A DNA stretch of 64,000 nt, taken from the human T2T-CHM13v2.0 reference genome, Homo sapiens. The stretch lies in the NCBI RefSeq assembly GCF_009914755.1, contig NC_060935.1. One strand, given 5' to 3'. Of this stretch, positions 45,100 to 59,130 are shown in pieces. Numbering within the stretch: position 1 is the stretch's first letter; every line of letters begins with the position of its first letter. The translations under genes were made by a program, and so were the position numbers. Below the pieces are notes generated by a model. The model was not told the DNA's origin. It ran no database searches and saw only the letters and a list, made by a program, of their open reading frames with translations.

Positions 45100-45715
45100 C
45101 TCTCTTACGTGGTGGGGCCGAATGATCTCTCCTTCCATTCTCGCATCATGCAACCCCTTGCTCTCCGTGTTCTGCCACCTTGCTCTTCGCTCAGCTTCTT
45201 GACCAAGCCTAGCATATGTCTCCTTGAGGACTTTCTTGACTGTTATTCCCTCTTCCTAGAAACACAGTTGGTGTAGTCATTGTCATACCTGGTCTTATTC
45301 TAACTTCTCTTCCTCATTTATTTTCCATAACTCTATATGATAGCCTTTATTATTGCTCCCTTTTTATAGATGTGGAAACTAAAGTGCAGAGAGTTTAATA
45401 GTGTGCCCCCTCCTAAACAGCTGGACTTATTTTTTTCCATTTTCTCTTCATCTTTTCAACTTTTATTCATTCTTTGAGTCTCAACTTAAGGTGACTTCTT
45501 TAAGGAAGACTTACCTGACCACCACATCTCAACTATTTCATCCTTTCAAAGTAGCCTTCACAAAATTTTTACTGCATAGCACTTCCATTTGCTTAGCAAC
45601 TTGCTTTCCTTCAGCTTCTAAGCTCCATGGGAGCAGAGCCCATTGCCTGCTTGAAGTGCCTGCTGCATAGTAGATACTGAACAAACATGTGTTGAATAAT
45701 TGAATGTGTATGAAT
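45100..45715 (+). mobile_element. L2 fragment (interrupted)
   Basis: Terminal taagctccatgggagcagag...tagtagatactgaacaaacatgtgttgaata. Confidence 0.6.
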
Positions 45716-46905
45716 TAATACTAATAGTAACTGGAATAATAAAGGAGATGGCCCTGTTCTCTTCTGTGGCCATCTGCATCTGAAATTTTTAGACCAGATC
45801 TGTATTTTATACAGTAAAAATCTACCAATATGCTAAATATACCAAAAGAAATGTGTTCAGAGGAGAGTAATAAGCATCTAAGGATGGCTCTGAGGGTTTC
45901 AGCTCAAAGCTATGTCTTTTAAGAAATAGTTGATGAATGAAAACTGGGGAAAATGGGCTATGGAAATATGCATAATTATTTTAAATATCTGAAGAACTCT
46001 ATGTGTTGAGTAAATAAAACGATCAACTACCCTGGTTAATTTAATTTGCTCACCAATACCTAATACCTTCCTACCATCCTCCAAAAATACTGAATAGAAA
46101 AAAACAATTTCATAAACAAACAATTATTTTTTAGACCAAGTATATGGAATAATACAAAGGAAAAAGGCTTCTGACAACTGGGAACATAAATTTTACCTTG
46201 ACTTTGAGGGATACCAACCTGGGCACAACACAAATTGACATCTCATAAAAACAGGCATATTTTTGAACGGTTGAGATTCAGCTGAATTGTATCTCATCAA
46301 AACGTAAATTCAAAACAGCTGCCCAGAGTTTTGCTGTGGATGTCTTCTACACACTGATCATATTTGATTACCTGGGCTTTCAATTATTTGCAGAGCCCAA
46401 GGAGCAGCCCCAGGGTATTTAGGAATCAGCAATTAGTTCAGTAGGTAAGTGCTGTGCCTAGAGGGCCATCATTTATGAGGAGCTATTCAATTTAACCTGA
46501 ATCTTACACAAAAGTTACATTTATATAAGGAGTAGTAATTCCTTAGTCTTGTGCTCAAGCCTTCATATTTTGACTTTTAATGTTCACACTACACAACAAA
46601 CACTTTGGTTAGATTAGCAGGCTGTTCCCTAGGTACCAGGTAGGTTCTCACTCCTCTTCTTACCATTCCTTTGCCTGATTGCTTATCTAAATCCTCATGA
46701 GCCTTAGATCCTACTTAAGCCATCTTCCCCGGAAGGCACTCTAGATCTCTGCAGCCCAAATATTTTCTTTTCTTTTCTTATGTCTTTTATGATATCCTTA
46801 CCGTAGCTGTAAATTGTGATAAACTCATCTTAGCACTAAATTAGATAATATCATGCAAGGTGATTTACCAATGTATGATCTATTTTACCCTTCTGAAAAC
46901 GTTAG

Positions 46906-47229
<324 letters not shown>

Positions 47230-47857
47230 GAAAACGTGTTTCTAATTGAAGGCTATGTGTATCTTTTGTTTACAAACCCCAGTAGGGTATTGTGCAAAAA
47301 AAAAAAATTGTTAAATGAATCTATAGCGACTTTGAATCGACAAAGGTATTTTTATACATTTTAAATATTTTATCAGATTGTATTTATTAATATTCCAATT
47401 CACTTCAAAAGGATTTGCAGTAGAGCACCACAAAGGCAAACACACATTACAGTTTCTGGAAAGAAATAGACTCAAGTTGTAAAAAGAAGAAACATCAGGA
47501 TATGTTAGCCATAAGAGTTAATATTGGGATGAACATTAAACTTGGTTCTGAGTCTCTTGATAGCCAAGGAGATACATGATATGTTTCATTATCTGTTTTG
47601 ATCTGATAAAATGTAGTAGACTGATTCTTTATCATTTTTCTTATATAAATTCCAATGCAAACTTATCTCTGGTGATGTTACATAAGGGATCACTAGGTAA
47701 AACAATGAATAATGTTTTCAATACTTTTTACAACAAATACATAAGTGATCTTCTCATGGGTTTTTCTTCTGATGTTCGGTAAAGACCAGAGGTATAATTG
47801 AGACTATGTAGAGATATAAACACATAACACAATATTTAGATAAAATCCTAGATAAAA

Positions 47858-47860
<3 letters not shown>

Positions 47861-47948
<88 letters not shown>
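47861..47948. repeat. Compound (AT)19(AG)25 microsatellite
   Basis: Counted directly. Confidence 0.97.
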
Positions 47949-47954
<6 letters not shown>

Positions 47955-48393
47955 GTTCTCAGTTGGGCTTTTGAGATAAATAATTTAGGGAGTTTTCTAA
48001 TATCTTCATTCTTTGTCACTGGGTTTTCATTTTATGACTAACTTATAAAGCTTAGCTGCTGGAATCATTATCAGCTACTTCTCTATTCTTATTAACTTTA
48101 TACTCATAAGACTTACATTTATTGGTAATAATTAGACAAATTAATATTTATTCTTAGAATCTACAGGATACCTTACTATCCATTATTGAACATGATCCTC
48201 ACAAGAACATTAACTAAGTGCTATCACTATCTCCATTTCTTATATAAGAAAATCTACTGGATGTGAAATGAACAGATACCTGAGTTCACTCTGCACGCAT
48301 AATGTATACATTAACACGATGGAGGGTGGGGATGGTGGGGATGGTGGTGATGGTGCGTCCATTTTTTTCCCAAGATAATCCATTTTGAAATAG

Positions 48394-48412
48394 CAGTGCC
48401 ATCTAGCGGTTC
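48394..48412 (-). promoter_or_regulatory. Candidate CTCF site
   Basis: Minus strand GAACCGCTAGATGGCACTG matches the CTCF core CC(A/G)C(C/T)AG(A/G)(G/T)GGC(A/G). Confidence 0.6.
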
Positions 48413-50436
48413 TTTTAGACACCAAAGGAATGAGGTTGTTTCAAGATGGCCCCTGGATAGTGTAATCAACATTTTATGCTATTCTACCATGCCTTATCTG
48501 AGCTAAGAGCATTTACTGCTAGTTGACAGATTTTTGACCTTTCAAATGGAAAGTGCACCACATCTACCCCAAATCATTCAAAGCTATTGATCCTAATAAA
48601 TAATCTGACCTCAACCAGTGGTTCTCTTCCAGTTATTTAATGCTTAAGAAAGCCAACAATGTAACCTGAAGAGGTCAAATGTGATTAGGAAGGACCCATA
48701 GACATGATATTATCAGAAAGTGGCTGACCTGTGTGGGCATGTATCAAAGAAAAATGACATTTTTTCCCATATGTTTCCTAAGAAATAGGACACTGAAATA
48801 TTGTTCCACAAAACAAGATGAAGACCGTGGATAACAACAATAATAATAAATAACTAATGTGGTGCTTCACATTTTAAAGGATACAAAACTATTTCACATA
48901 CATTATTTCATGGCTTTCCTATTCGCATTTACAGGTAGTGCCTATTTTTCTTGGTTAGTTCATGTCATTAGCTTTATTTAGAATACTCTCTCCTATTCAT
49001 GTTTACAGTAAAGCCAACTAAAGTGCCACTTTCTCCCTTAAGTGTTTATTTACCACCCCCTTCAGCTTATCACCATGAAGTGCTAGTTTTATTTTTACCC
49101 AGGTCTTACTATACCTTGTTGTTACCTGTCTTAGAATACTTATCTTTTTTGGTCTTGTTGGTGTAACTTTTGCATATGTTCTATATCCTCTATTTCATCA
49201 AATAGACTGGGTATCTTAAGCCTTGGTATCTCAAGTTATGGTTACTCTCTAAAAGATATCATCTAACTGGCCTAAGGCCTATTATCATGATGTCCAGAGA
49301 CTCCTATGTAGCTGATCCTTGTTCTAGTTCGGCAGCTCAAAGATTAGGAATGCATTTAGACCAGTGTGGCCAGACTGGGAAGTCTGAGGGTAATAAGTGA
49401 GAATTATTTTCAATGCTGAGGGTTGTAGTTCTGTGCTTTACTCTGTAGTCATGTTGCATATTGCACAACTCAAAATTTGATAAAATACACTTGCCTGGTA
49501 GGAGGCAAACCCAGCACTGACTAGACCCCTGCTCTATTCTTATATACATAAGACTGAACTTGGAATATGAGTGGGGCAGAATTGAATTTTCTATAGCTTT
49601 GATCTGATCTTCACTCACACAAATAGTATCATTTGCAACTAGGCATCCCCCAAGTGAGGATTTATAAGTCCCAAAACTCACACCTCTGCCTGTCTTGAGT
49701 GATGCTGCTGATTCTTCTACCATCTTAACTACACTAACTTTCTTCTTTATACTGCAGATAACTGAAGCTTAATTGATCAACTCAAGTGATGCCTGGAGTT
49801 CTCATCACATTAATCCTTTAGTAGTGGCTGTACCCTTAGATTAATATTTGGTTCAGGGTGTGAGTTTAATAGATGATTATTTAATAAATGCAAGTATACA
49901 TGAATGAATAAAACTATAAATTACCGAATGAATGGGGGAAGAAATGTATGCAAGCAGGGTATGAGATGATACTGCATTTTTATTTTCCTTGATTCATTTA
50001 TTCAATAGACATTTATGAGGTACCTCTGAAGCACAGAATTCTACAAAGTGTTGGGAGAATATGTTTGAACACATGGTCAAGTGTAACAAAGTGGTGTAAG
50101 TCAGAAACCTGATTAAGGTGGTATGTTTTTCCTTCAAACTTCATAGGACACCGCTTGGCCACCTAGTGAATATAACATCCACTGATAACTGTACCAGGTA
50201 GTTGGAAAGTAGCCTCAGACATAGACAATTGTGACATTTAAAGCATAGAAAAACAGAGAAAACAGCAAGTAGCCATGGTCCCACCCCCAAGTTAAACACT
50301 GTTGACGTTTTAGTCTTTGACATTTCAAGCATATTAATGAACCCGAAGCACACACATTCTAATGTTAATGGAGCTCTTAATATGTGCCAGGTGCTAGGCA
50401 CAGTTTCTCTTTGTCAATGTCATATTATTTAGCTAC

Positions 50437-50848
50437 TGTCTTGGATGTGCTCCTTCCAGGGCTCCCCTTTAGGACTGAAGCACATATTTCCCAACTGCTA
50501 GTAAGGTTAGGAATGTTATCTTGCAGAGAGTGCTCCGTTGTTAGCCCTCACCAATAATTGCCTCAGCCATAAAGAACTGCCTCTCAAATTCTTGCCTCCT
50601 TCCAGGGCCAGTCTGTATAAGATAACTCACTCATATGAGAGAATAAAGGGCTGCCTACCCACCCACAACTTGGGACCCCACTGAAAGGCAATCCCAGTTT
50701 CAGAGCTTCTTATGGGAGTGGTTATGTTGTAACTGCTTTGCAGCCCAACTTCTCCCTCTGCTCAATGCAGCTGCTTTCTTTCCTCCACAGGCATTGGCCC
50801 TAAAGGCCCCTTTCAATAAAGCTTGCAAACACTCACCTTTGTCTGACA
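50437..50848 (+). mobile_element. LTR16-family ERVL solo LTR inside a MIR
   Basis: TG...CA ends; gcccaacttctccctctgctcaat and caataaa; near-TSD gctac / gctat. Confidence 0.75.
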
Positions 50849-51849
50849 GCTATTTGAGAAGTATTATTACATATGATTAGGCCATATTTTAAATTCCCAT
50901 TTTATAGATGATGAAACTGAAGGAGAAAGATGGAAGCATGTGGCTCTAGGTCCTGCTGAAAGGAAAAGCCTGAGCAAGATCTAAAGGTCATTTCATTACT
51001 GAGATCCAGTGTAGAATAAGCTGATTAAATGGGTTTATTAGCAAAAGAACTGATTTCAGCATCTATTTTCCCAATCCAAAAAAGAACGGCGGCAGTGGGT
51101 CCTTTCAGGTATGAACTTCTTTCTCCCACCTTTTCTACTTTATCTCATCCCACAACTCCCAACAAATAGGGATTTTCTTTTGTAGCACTGGTATTTTTGA
51201 CTCAATGAAGAAGGCTCTACTAAGCAGGCTTAAACTTGAAGGTTGCGGAGGCTGGTGCTTGGAATTGAGATGTGCAAGAGGTCCCAACCTGGGAGAACCA
51301 AGTGAGATGCCCTGAGGACAAGAAGGAGACTTTGGGCCCTTAGTGCCAGAGAATTGTGTCCTGTTTCCATGGAGCTACTGGGAGCTGTGGCAAGGCCCCT
51401 GAGAGAGCGGTACAGCAGTGCAAGAGGGAGTTCACACTAAGGGTCATGGTTTTTGAAGCTGCAGCAAAATATCCTCATGTTTGGTGAATGAAGCTACTGG
51501 CATTAGAATGGAAAATATTGGCTTGGATGGTGAGCCTCTCTAAAATGGTACAAGAAGCCAAATAACTCCCCCAGATTATGGCAACACATAAACCTGGGGT
51601 TTCTGTAGGATCCCGTGGATACCACCCACTAATGTCTGCGAATGAAATTAGCAATAGTCATGTAGGCGGATGTTGGAGCAGAATTAATTTTATTTAGAGA
51701 TATACAGAAGTATAACATGCCCTGCTGTTAAATGTGGTAGAACAAAATATCATTTCTTCCAAGATGAATACAGATAGATAGATACAGCTAAAATAAATGA
51801 TGTACTTTTAAACTGATCATATTTCAGTGACAACATTTCCAATATTTGT

Positions 51850-52230
51850 GTAGACATCAATTATGTGGGTTTTAATAATCTAACAATTAATGTAATTAAT
51901 GTAATATTTACTCCTAACCATTTAAATTGATTTAAATTTTTCTTTTTATAAACAACATTGTAATAAACATCCTTGCATGACTGTTTGTTTACATCTAATG
52001 TTATTTCTTTAGGATCAACTCTTAAAAATGGAATTGCTGAGTCTTATAGAATGTACACATTGTTGTGTCTTTGATACACATTCCCTATTTGCTCCCCTGA
52101 AAATTCAATCTACTCTAAGCACCCACCAGCCCATGTTCCCACATCCTCATCATTAGGTATTCTTTTTCTTTAAGAATTGCCAATTTTATGTGCAAGATGT
52201 GGCTTTTGATTACTTTTAGGTACCAACATT
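51850..52230 (-). mobile_element. Old L1ME-like fragment
   Basis: taataaacatccttgcat...aaaaatggaattgctgagtc. Confidence 0.55.
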
Positions 52231-52949
52231 CACTGTTTTCTTGGAACACTTTGATATTTATAAGGCGATCAGTATAGACTCTCAGGGTAGAAGTATTTAA
52301 AAGGGCCAGATTTGCAAAGATCTAGAGTTCTTCATAAATGCTTTATTTAACCTGCCAACTATGAAAGTCTTATCTAGGATTTTTCAGGTGGAACAGACAA
52401 GTTGGATGGAAATGATAAATATAACTGCATTAGATAATAGAATTCAGTCTCTCTGTATTCCTAAATCAAAGCTGCCTTTCCATGTAGGATATCCTTAAAA
52501 TACAAAGACAACAAAAAATAATATCACAAACATTGATATTGGAGTACGGACAGTTCAAAACAGCACAGAAAAGCAGATATCAAACTTTCTTAGCCACTAG
52601 GGATAGACTCTGGCCTTTATAATAATTGGCATGTTTCTCCTTCAGGTCAACATCTCCATTTCTCCAATAATTGTGCAAACACAATGGAAACATCAAATAT
52701 ATTAAATACATAAATAAAATTTTATGTATTAAGTACATAAACAAATGAATAGACATACATTTATGTACTTAATGATGTTTATTTGTACAAATGAATATTT
52801 ATTCATTTGCTTATGTACTTATTCAAGATGTTTATACTGAACACTTACTTTGTGCCAGACGTTATATTAAGTGCTTTATTTTCATGGTTATCTCTTTCAA
52901 ATCTTACAAAACAATAAAAAATCAGGCCAATGAACTTGATACTAGTATC

Positions 52950-53412
52950 TATATTAGTTTCCTAGGACTGCTGTAGAAAAGCACCATAAACTGAGTGGCT
53001 TAACCAACAGAAATCTATTGGCTCACAGTTCTGAAGGTTCAAAGTCCTGGATGAAGGTATCTGCAGGGTCGCTTCCTTCTGAGGGTTGGAAGCATCTGCT
53101 CCTTGCCTCTCCCTTAGCTTCTGGTGGTTTGCTGGCAATCTTTGGTGTTCCTTGGCTTGTAAAAGCATCACCCCCTCCTCTGCCTTTACCATCACATGGT
53201 GTTCTCCCTTCCATGTCTTTATCTAAATCTCCCCCTTTTACAAGAACACCGGACATGTTGGAATAGGGGCTCATCCTACTACATTATGACCATACCTTAA
53301 CATGAACAGTTTTATATGCAAAGAACCTATTTTCAATGAAGTTCACATTCTGTGGTAGTGGGGTTAAGGTTTCAATATGTGAATTTGGGGGAACACAATT
53401 CATCCCATATGA
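52950..53412 (-). mobile_element. MLT1C-like MaLR LTR
   Basis: tattagtttcctaggactgctgta...cttctggtggtttgctggcaatctttggtgttccttggcttgta...gggggaacacaattca. Confidence 0.88.
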
Positions 53413-53939
53413 GATCCCATATACAGCCATGAAAACTGAGACTCAGAATATATCTATGAGGGACACACATGCAGTATTAATTGTATGTAGGCCACCGCTT
53501 TTACTTGAGCAAACCAGGATATGAAGCCATTATATTTTCTATCAAATCAGGAGGTCCTACAACTTCAAAATCCTAGACATGTGATAGAGCAAAGTATGAG
53601 GCTAAAAACACACATAAAAGCTAAAATGACAGGGCAATCTGAAGGCCAAATTGAGTGGCTTTTATTAATTCTGAAGGGAGTCACAAAACATTTATGAGCA
53701 AGTGAGTAAAATGATGAAAGTTATGTAACTCTGGTGGTGAAATGTTGAATAAGGTCTGTATTTCCCAGAAAAAGAAATACAGTTTCATAGTAAGCACATT
53801 ATCTCCCTAATACATACTCATCATTATCATGTTTTAGCTTATATTGAAGTATCATTTCTTCAGTGACAAGTGTCACAACTAAGGTTAGTGGCAAAGCTAG
53901 AGGAAGCACCCAAGATTTTCACTCCTAAGAAGTTCATCT

Positions 53940-54687
53940 GTCTCCTATGCTTCATTGCAGCTCTCTGATTCTCCAGCACCAACTGGGTGTACAACAGTTC
54001 CCTCTCATTCTGACACTAGCTACCTGGAGTCAGCATCATTTAAGTCAGCAGATTTAAGGATTCAGTCTCACAAGACTGCCCTTACTTCAGATCTCAGCAG
54101 CAAATCCCAGGTCCCCAGGCTACCTATATTTCTCTCCAACTTGGCTGCAAATTACAGGGTTCCCTTGATCCTCTCTCAGTTTCAATAATTTGCCAGAAGG
54201 GCTCACAGAACTCCTGAAAACACTATATAAACTTACTTACATTTACTGGTTTATTATAAAAGGATGCAGGAAGAGTCAAATGTGAGTGATATGAAGGGCA
54301 GTGTTGGGGGTGTATGGCAAGCTTCCATACCACCCTCCCAGGACCTCTAGGTATTCACCAGCCCAGAGGTTCTCTGAACCTCCTTATTCAAGACTTTACA
54401 TAACTCAATCTGCAGCCCCTCCTCCCTCCCTGTGGTGAGGAGGAAGAAGAGGCTGAGAATTTCCACTTTTTAAATCATGTGTTGGTTTTCTGGTGACCAG
54501 CTCCCATCTTGAGGCTATCTAGTGGCCCAACCTCAGTCACCATATTAGTATAGACATAGGCTTGTTCCAAAGGGGCTCATTACGAATAACCAAAGACTCT
54601 CTTACCACTCAGAAAAGTGTAAGTTTTAGGAACTCTCTGCCAGGAACCAGGGACAAAGACCAAAATATGTATTTTTTATTACACCAA
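53940..54687 (-). mobile_element. MER21-like LTR
   Basis: ccaactgggtgt...ttctgacactagctacctggagt...aggaaccagggacaaagaccaaa. Confidence 0.8.
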
Positions 54688-56539
54688 AGTAGTCTTAGCG
54701 TGATAGAGTGATTGAGAGAGAATATATTAATTTTTTCAATCCTAAGAAATTTCACCTTACAGTTATTCTTTGACTCATCCTGGGCATATTCATGTCTCCA
54801 AATTAAGAAAAAACACTAGGAGTTCTTTAAAAGATAGAAATTGCTCATTAAATAGCTTTAATGTACCAGGAAATATGCCATATTGGAAACAGCAAATAGC
54901 ATGTTGTGATAATGGCCATTAGTAATTCCAGGCATTTTGGTTTCTCAGATACTTTTCCTGGGCTTCATTCTCACGATAGTAAAATCAGCTTAGATTTGTC
55001 TAGCACTTTACAGTTTACATGTCTTGACCTTTATCCCATTTGAACACCTAGCCTGACTGATATCCTTCCTGAAATTGACAGCTTATTTTTTTGTCTCTCT
55101 AGGATCTATTTGCCTCAGTTCGATTGGTGGAACCTAGACTCGTGTCGTTAGTGCTCTCACTATTCAAAAACAAAAACAAATAAGAAAAAGGAGAAACAAA
55201 GTCTTTCTGTCCTTTAAAATGTGGATGACTCCCATGGCCTCTGCCTAACCCACCTGACATACTGAATTTGTGAGTGTTCATCCTTCTCACCCCACTCCTA
55301 ATATTCTAGCCGTACTTCCAGCCTGGCTTTGTTCTGGCCAGCCATCGTGGTATTGTGTAATAGTAACAGTTAAAGGGTGAGCAAAATCCTGCAACAGCTC
55401 TTATTATAATTATAAACAATAAAACCATCTTCATCATATGACCCGCAGCCTGTGGCTAAAGGCAAGCCAAAGAAACAAACTAACAGCTCAATGGGAAAAA
55501 TAAATGCTATACGTGATTGGCACATTTAAGCCACAGCAATTCTGACAGATTATTACTGGCTTCTAGTGAGACAAGTAATGGCAGTGGGATGTCAGAACAC
55601 TTCATGATGGTGGGAAGTCTAACCTTCAGGGCCAGCAGCAGTACACTGAGAGGGGGTGAACTGGGCCTTGAAGGGAACCAAAACCATACCACAAAAGAAA
55701 TGTTTAGCTTACAGAAAATAAATGGAGGAAACTGATCTCTCCCTTTGATTCCTGAGAGCCTGCATTTCTTGCATGCTCCCAGCCGACCTCCAGTCCCAGA
55801 TATGTATGTACAAAAAACACTCTAAAAATAAAATAAAAAGTCACCTGGAGAACAGTATGTCTCTGAATTCTATGTGACATAGATAGGCTCACCCTTTTAA
55901 ACCTGCTGTCTCTCTCTGGTCTCACCAGGCTCCATATCTCCAGGGCAGTGGGCCCCAAAGAATGCTGAGTGTGGTTTACTTGGCACACGCCCTGTACTAG
56001 GAATCTCTGAGTCAAGTGACGTATGGGATTCCTGCCTCCTTGCCCCATCCATTACCAGCTTCTTCACTATGGAAATGTGCACTAGAGAAGTGAAAAGGGA
56101 AACACAAAGTGAAAATGCAGAGGAACACAAATTTCCCATCGCTTGGAACATTTCATCCTCTCTGGAAGGCAAGATTAAAGGTGGCTACAGAAGATTCTTT
56201 CCTGAGAAGGGCAGGAGTTATTTCACTAAGCTAAATTCAGGACAGGAGATGTACCTGTTTTTGAGAGGATATAATAATCACTCAAACTACTCTTCTGTGA
56301 AAAAGGAATCAGCACTATAAAATTCTCCAAAGTCAATGGGTCCATCTGGAGTAATTCCAGGTTGTCTGTGACATGTTGAAAACAAAGAGATGACCAGCTT
56401 TCCTGTGTGATTAATGACCTGAAATATGCCTGGCTGTTCTAGCGGGTCACTCAGTGTCTCAGTCAGAGATAAAGTGCTAACCTCTGCAGTCTTGGTTGCT
56501 TCAATGCCAGTTCTGTCTAGTATTGAAAAGTAGAGATAA

Positions 56540-56730
56540 CAGCTTTCTGTTTGTCAAAGATGCCCAGAAATGATTCTGGGTACATTGTTGGCTAGTGAGC
56601 TCTCTGTCCTGGAAAAACTTAGGGAGATACTGGGAGAACTTTTGAAGGAAACATTGTTGAGGAGATCCAAAAGGAGGGGGTTTGGTTGGACTAGGCTTTC
56701 ACCTCCTCTTCACTTCTGGCCTGAGTTTTC
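56540..56730 (+). mobile_element. L3/CR1 3' end
   Basis: tagtgagctctctgtcctggaa...ggttggactag. Confidence 0.55.
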
Positions 56731-58589
56731 ATAGGATTCCTTGGGGAACTTAAAGTTCAATAGACTTTATAACCAAATGACCAAGCGCTAACTCTAGGCC
56801 CTGTGCTAGGGCCATGGGATTATGAAGATTGACTAGACAAAATGCTTTCCCTCAAGAAGATGAATGCAGTCAAAAAGAAAGACATGAAGAGAGACTATTC
56901 TAATGTAAAGGAGTGATGTGGGCACTGGGGAAGACTGCCACTCCAGTCATCTTCTTCCCTAACCTTAACATTAATTGTGTGTGTGTGTTTGATTAACATA
57001 TTTGATTGATGAGGAAATTAATCAATGGCCTTCAATGACTTGCTCATTACAACACCGGGGCTAGGACTTAAGTCTAAAACATCTGATAGATACTAAAAAT
57101 GAGAGTCTACATCAAAAGTATCAATGGGCTATGTACTTGCTTGTGTTTCATTGTCTTTTCAGAAATGATTGCTCTACCTTCTGCAATTTAAAGGTTTTTC
57201 ATCTTAACTACAAAGAAAGAAACAGCTTCTTCTGTAAAACTATCATGGGAAATGTGTCAGAGCACTGATTTCAGGACCCCCTGCACGGCTTTTAAACAAA
57301 AAACCAATAATCAGCCCATCCTATTATGTTCTCCTATTTCTACATTTGTGAAATGTAAATTACTTAAATGGATTCAGTTCTCATCACTGTCCACCTTCAC
57401 TGCTCAGAGAAAGAGATCTCCAGTCCTTCACAGCTGCACTGCCTTCTCCATTCTACACAGCTGCTTTAGCTGTCTTTCATGTTTCTTCTTTCCTTTCTCT
57501 TGGGAAGAGTTAGCCATTGCTCCAGAGTGCAGTATCTTTCCAGTCAACCTTATTATATTTGTCTACATCCTCCACTAGATGGGACTATATATGCCATATT
57601 CACCCTGTATTTCTGGTGGATAGCCCTGTGCCTGACATGTAGAGGTTGATAGTTTATTGAGTAGTTCTGTGTTAAGAAAAATATTATGTATTTTAAGGTA
57701 AAGTTGCAGAACTGATGTGAACATTCACATTTGTAATTCATTTGATATGAGCACATTTTATTTTAGTGGGCACTGCACACTTTCGGACTGAAACCTTGTT
57801 GTCTGACTGGGATCCACATAGCTATTTCCTTTGGCCTGTACCCTGGCTTGTCTTTTCTATCACTTCTGCTTTCATTCTCTGAGCACTCACTTTCCTATTT
57901 CATCTTCTAATCTTGAGATGTGCCATTTCTGTCAAATTTCTCCAACTACAAATAGTTTTTCTATGACTTTCAGAGCATAACAGGTATTTTGGATGGAGAT
58001 GTCAAATACAAGCACATAGCAAAAGCCAGTCTTCCTTTCTCTCCCAAACCAGGCCCCTGAATGATGCTCTCACATAAAAGAACCAACTCAGGAAAAATAG
58101 GCACTCTCAGGCTTTTCTTATCATTTCAACTGTTCAGTTGGACCAGCCTCATATCAAACAAGTCTTCCCTCATTGATAAGAGCTAGGGCTTCACAACCAT
58201 GTGGACCTGCGGTTTAATCCTGGCTATACCACATTCTAGCTCTATGACTTATTAAAAGGTTAAAAACAGGAGATGTGTATATATAGCTAGATAGATATAG
58301 ATATATATTTGCTTCTAAGCTTGACACATATTATATAACGAGCTCAAACAGTGTTTACTTTTGATTTATTTCTCAATCCACACCCCTCACTTGTCTCACG
58401 CAGAAAATTCCTGTGATAAACAGCAGTTATATACACAGAAAACTATTCACTCCCCTGGAGGTAAGAAGGTATATTGATACCCTTTTCAGAGACCCTGACT
58501 TATCCCTCTTTATAGATAATTTCACAAGAAGATGTGTAGTTTGGCACTGATATCCTTATCTTTTGGCACTTTCTTCTTTCTTCTCCATC

Positions 58590-59130
58590 TGCCCCACCCT
58601 AGGGTCCAACAAGCAATAAACATTCACTGAGCACTTACTGCATACCAGCACCCATGCCCTGGGATATGTGATGGCTAGGAAGACATCATCTGGGTCCTCA
58701 AATGACTCAGAGTCTACTGGTTGAAACAGTCATGCATGTAAACTCCAGAGATCACGTGATAGAAATGGAATGTTGGAGTGGGGAAAGCCTGGAGTCAGGG
58801 AGACCAGTGAGCAGGCTTTTGTGAAAGTTGGGGTAAGAGATGAGATGGTCTGAGCAAAGACAGTTACACTGGAAAAGGAGATCTGGGTCTGAGAGTGATT
58901 CCTGGGATGAGAGTCTGAGGAAAAATAGGATGTATACCTTATTCTTTAGATGCTAGCTTAGATAGCACTATGGATGGTGATATGTCCAACAAAGGCTAGA
59001 AACATGAAAAGAGAAACAGCTTTGGAATGATTGTGATGAAGCCAGATTTGGATACATGGTGTTGATGACTCTTGAAACTCAATTGGAGCTGTTCAGTGGG
59101 CAGTTGGAGATTATAATTTTGAACTCTAGG
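58590..59130 (-). mobile_element. L2 fragment
   Basis: aaacattcactgagcacttact...ggagtcagggagaccagtgagcaggct...gtgggcagttggaga. Confidence 0.7.

Noticed and set aside
51060-51760. Possible ancient Gypsy-like LTR remnant
   Set aside because: Only a vague resemblance; cannot be supported without an HMM search.
55507-55735. Possible minus-strand exon (pyrimidine tract + AG near 55668) and overlapping short ORFs
   Set aside because: The candidate is 43 nt with a weak donor (GTTAGA) and no recognisable protein similarity; RNA-seq would be needed.
57570-57586. CTCF-like CCACTAGATGGGAC (also weak matches near 1751 and 50157)
   Set aside because: Each has a mismatch at a core position; the 57570 and 1751 matches sit in L2/MIR-like sequence.
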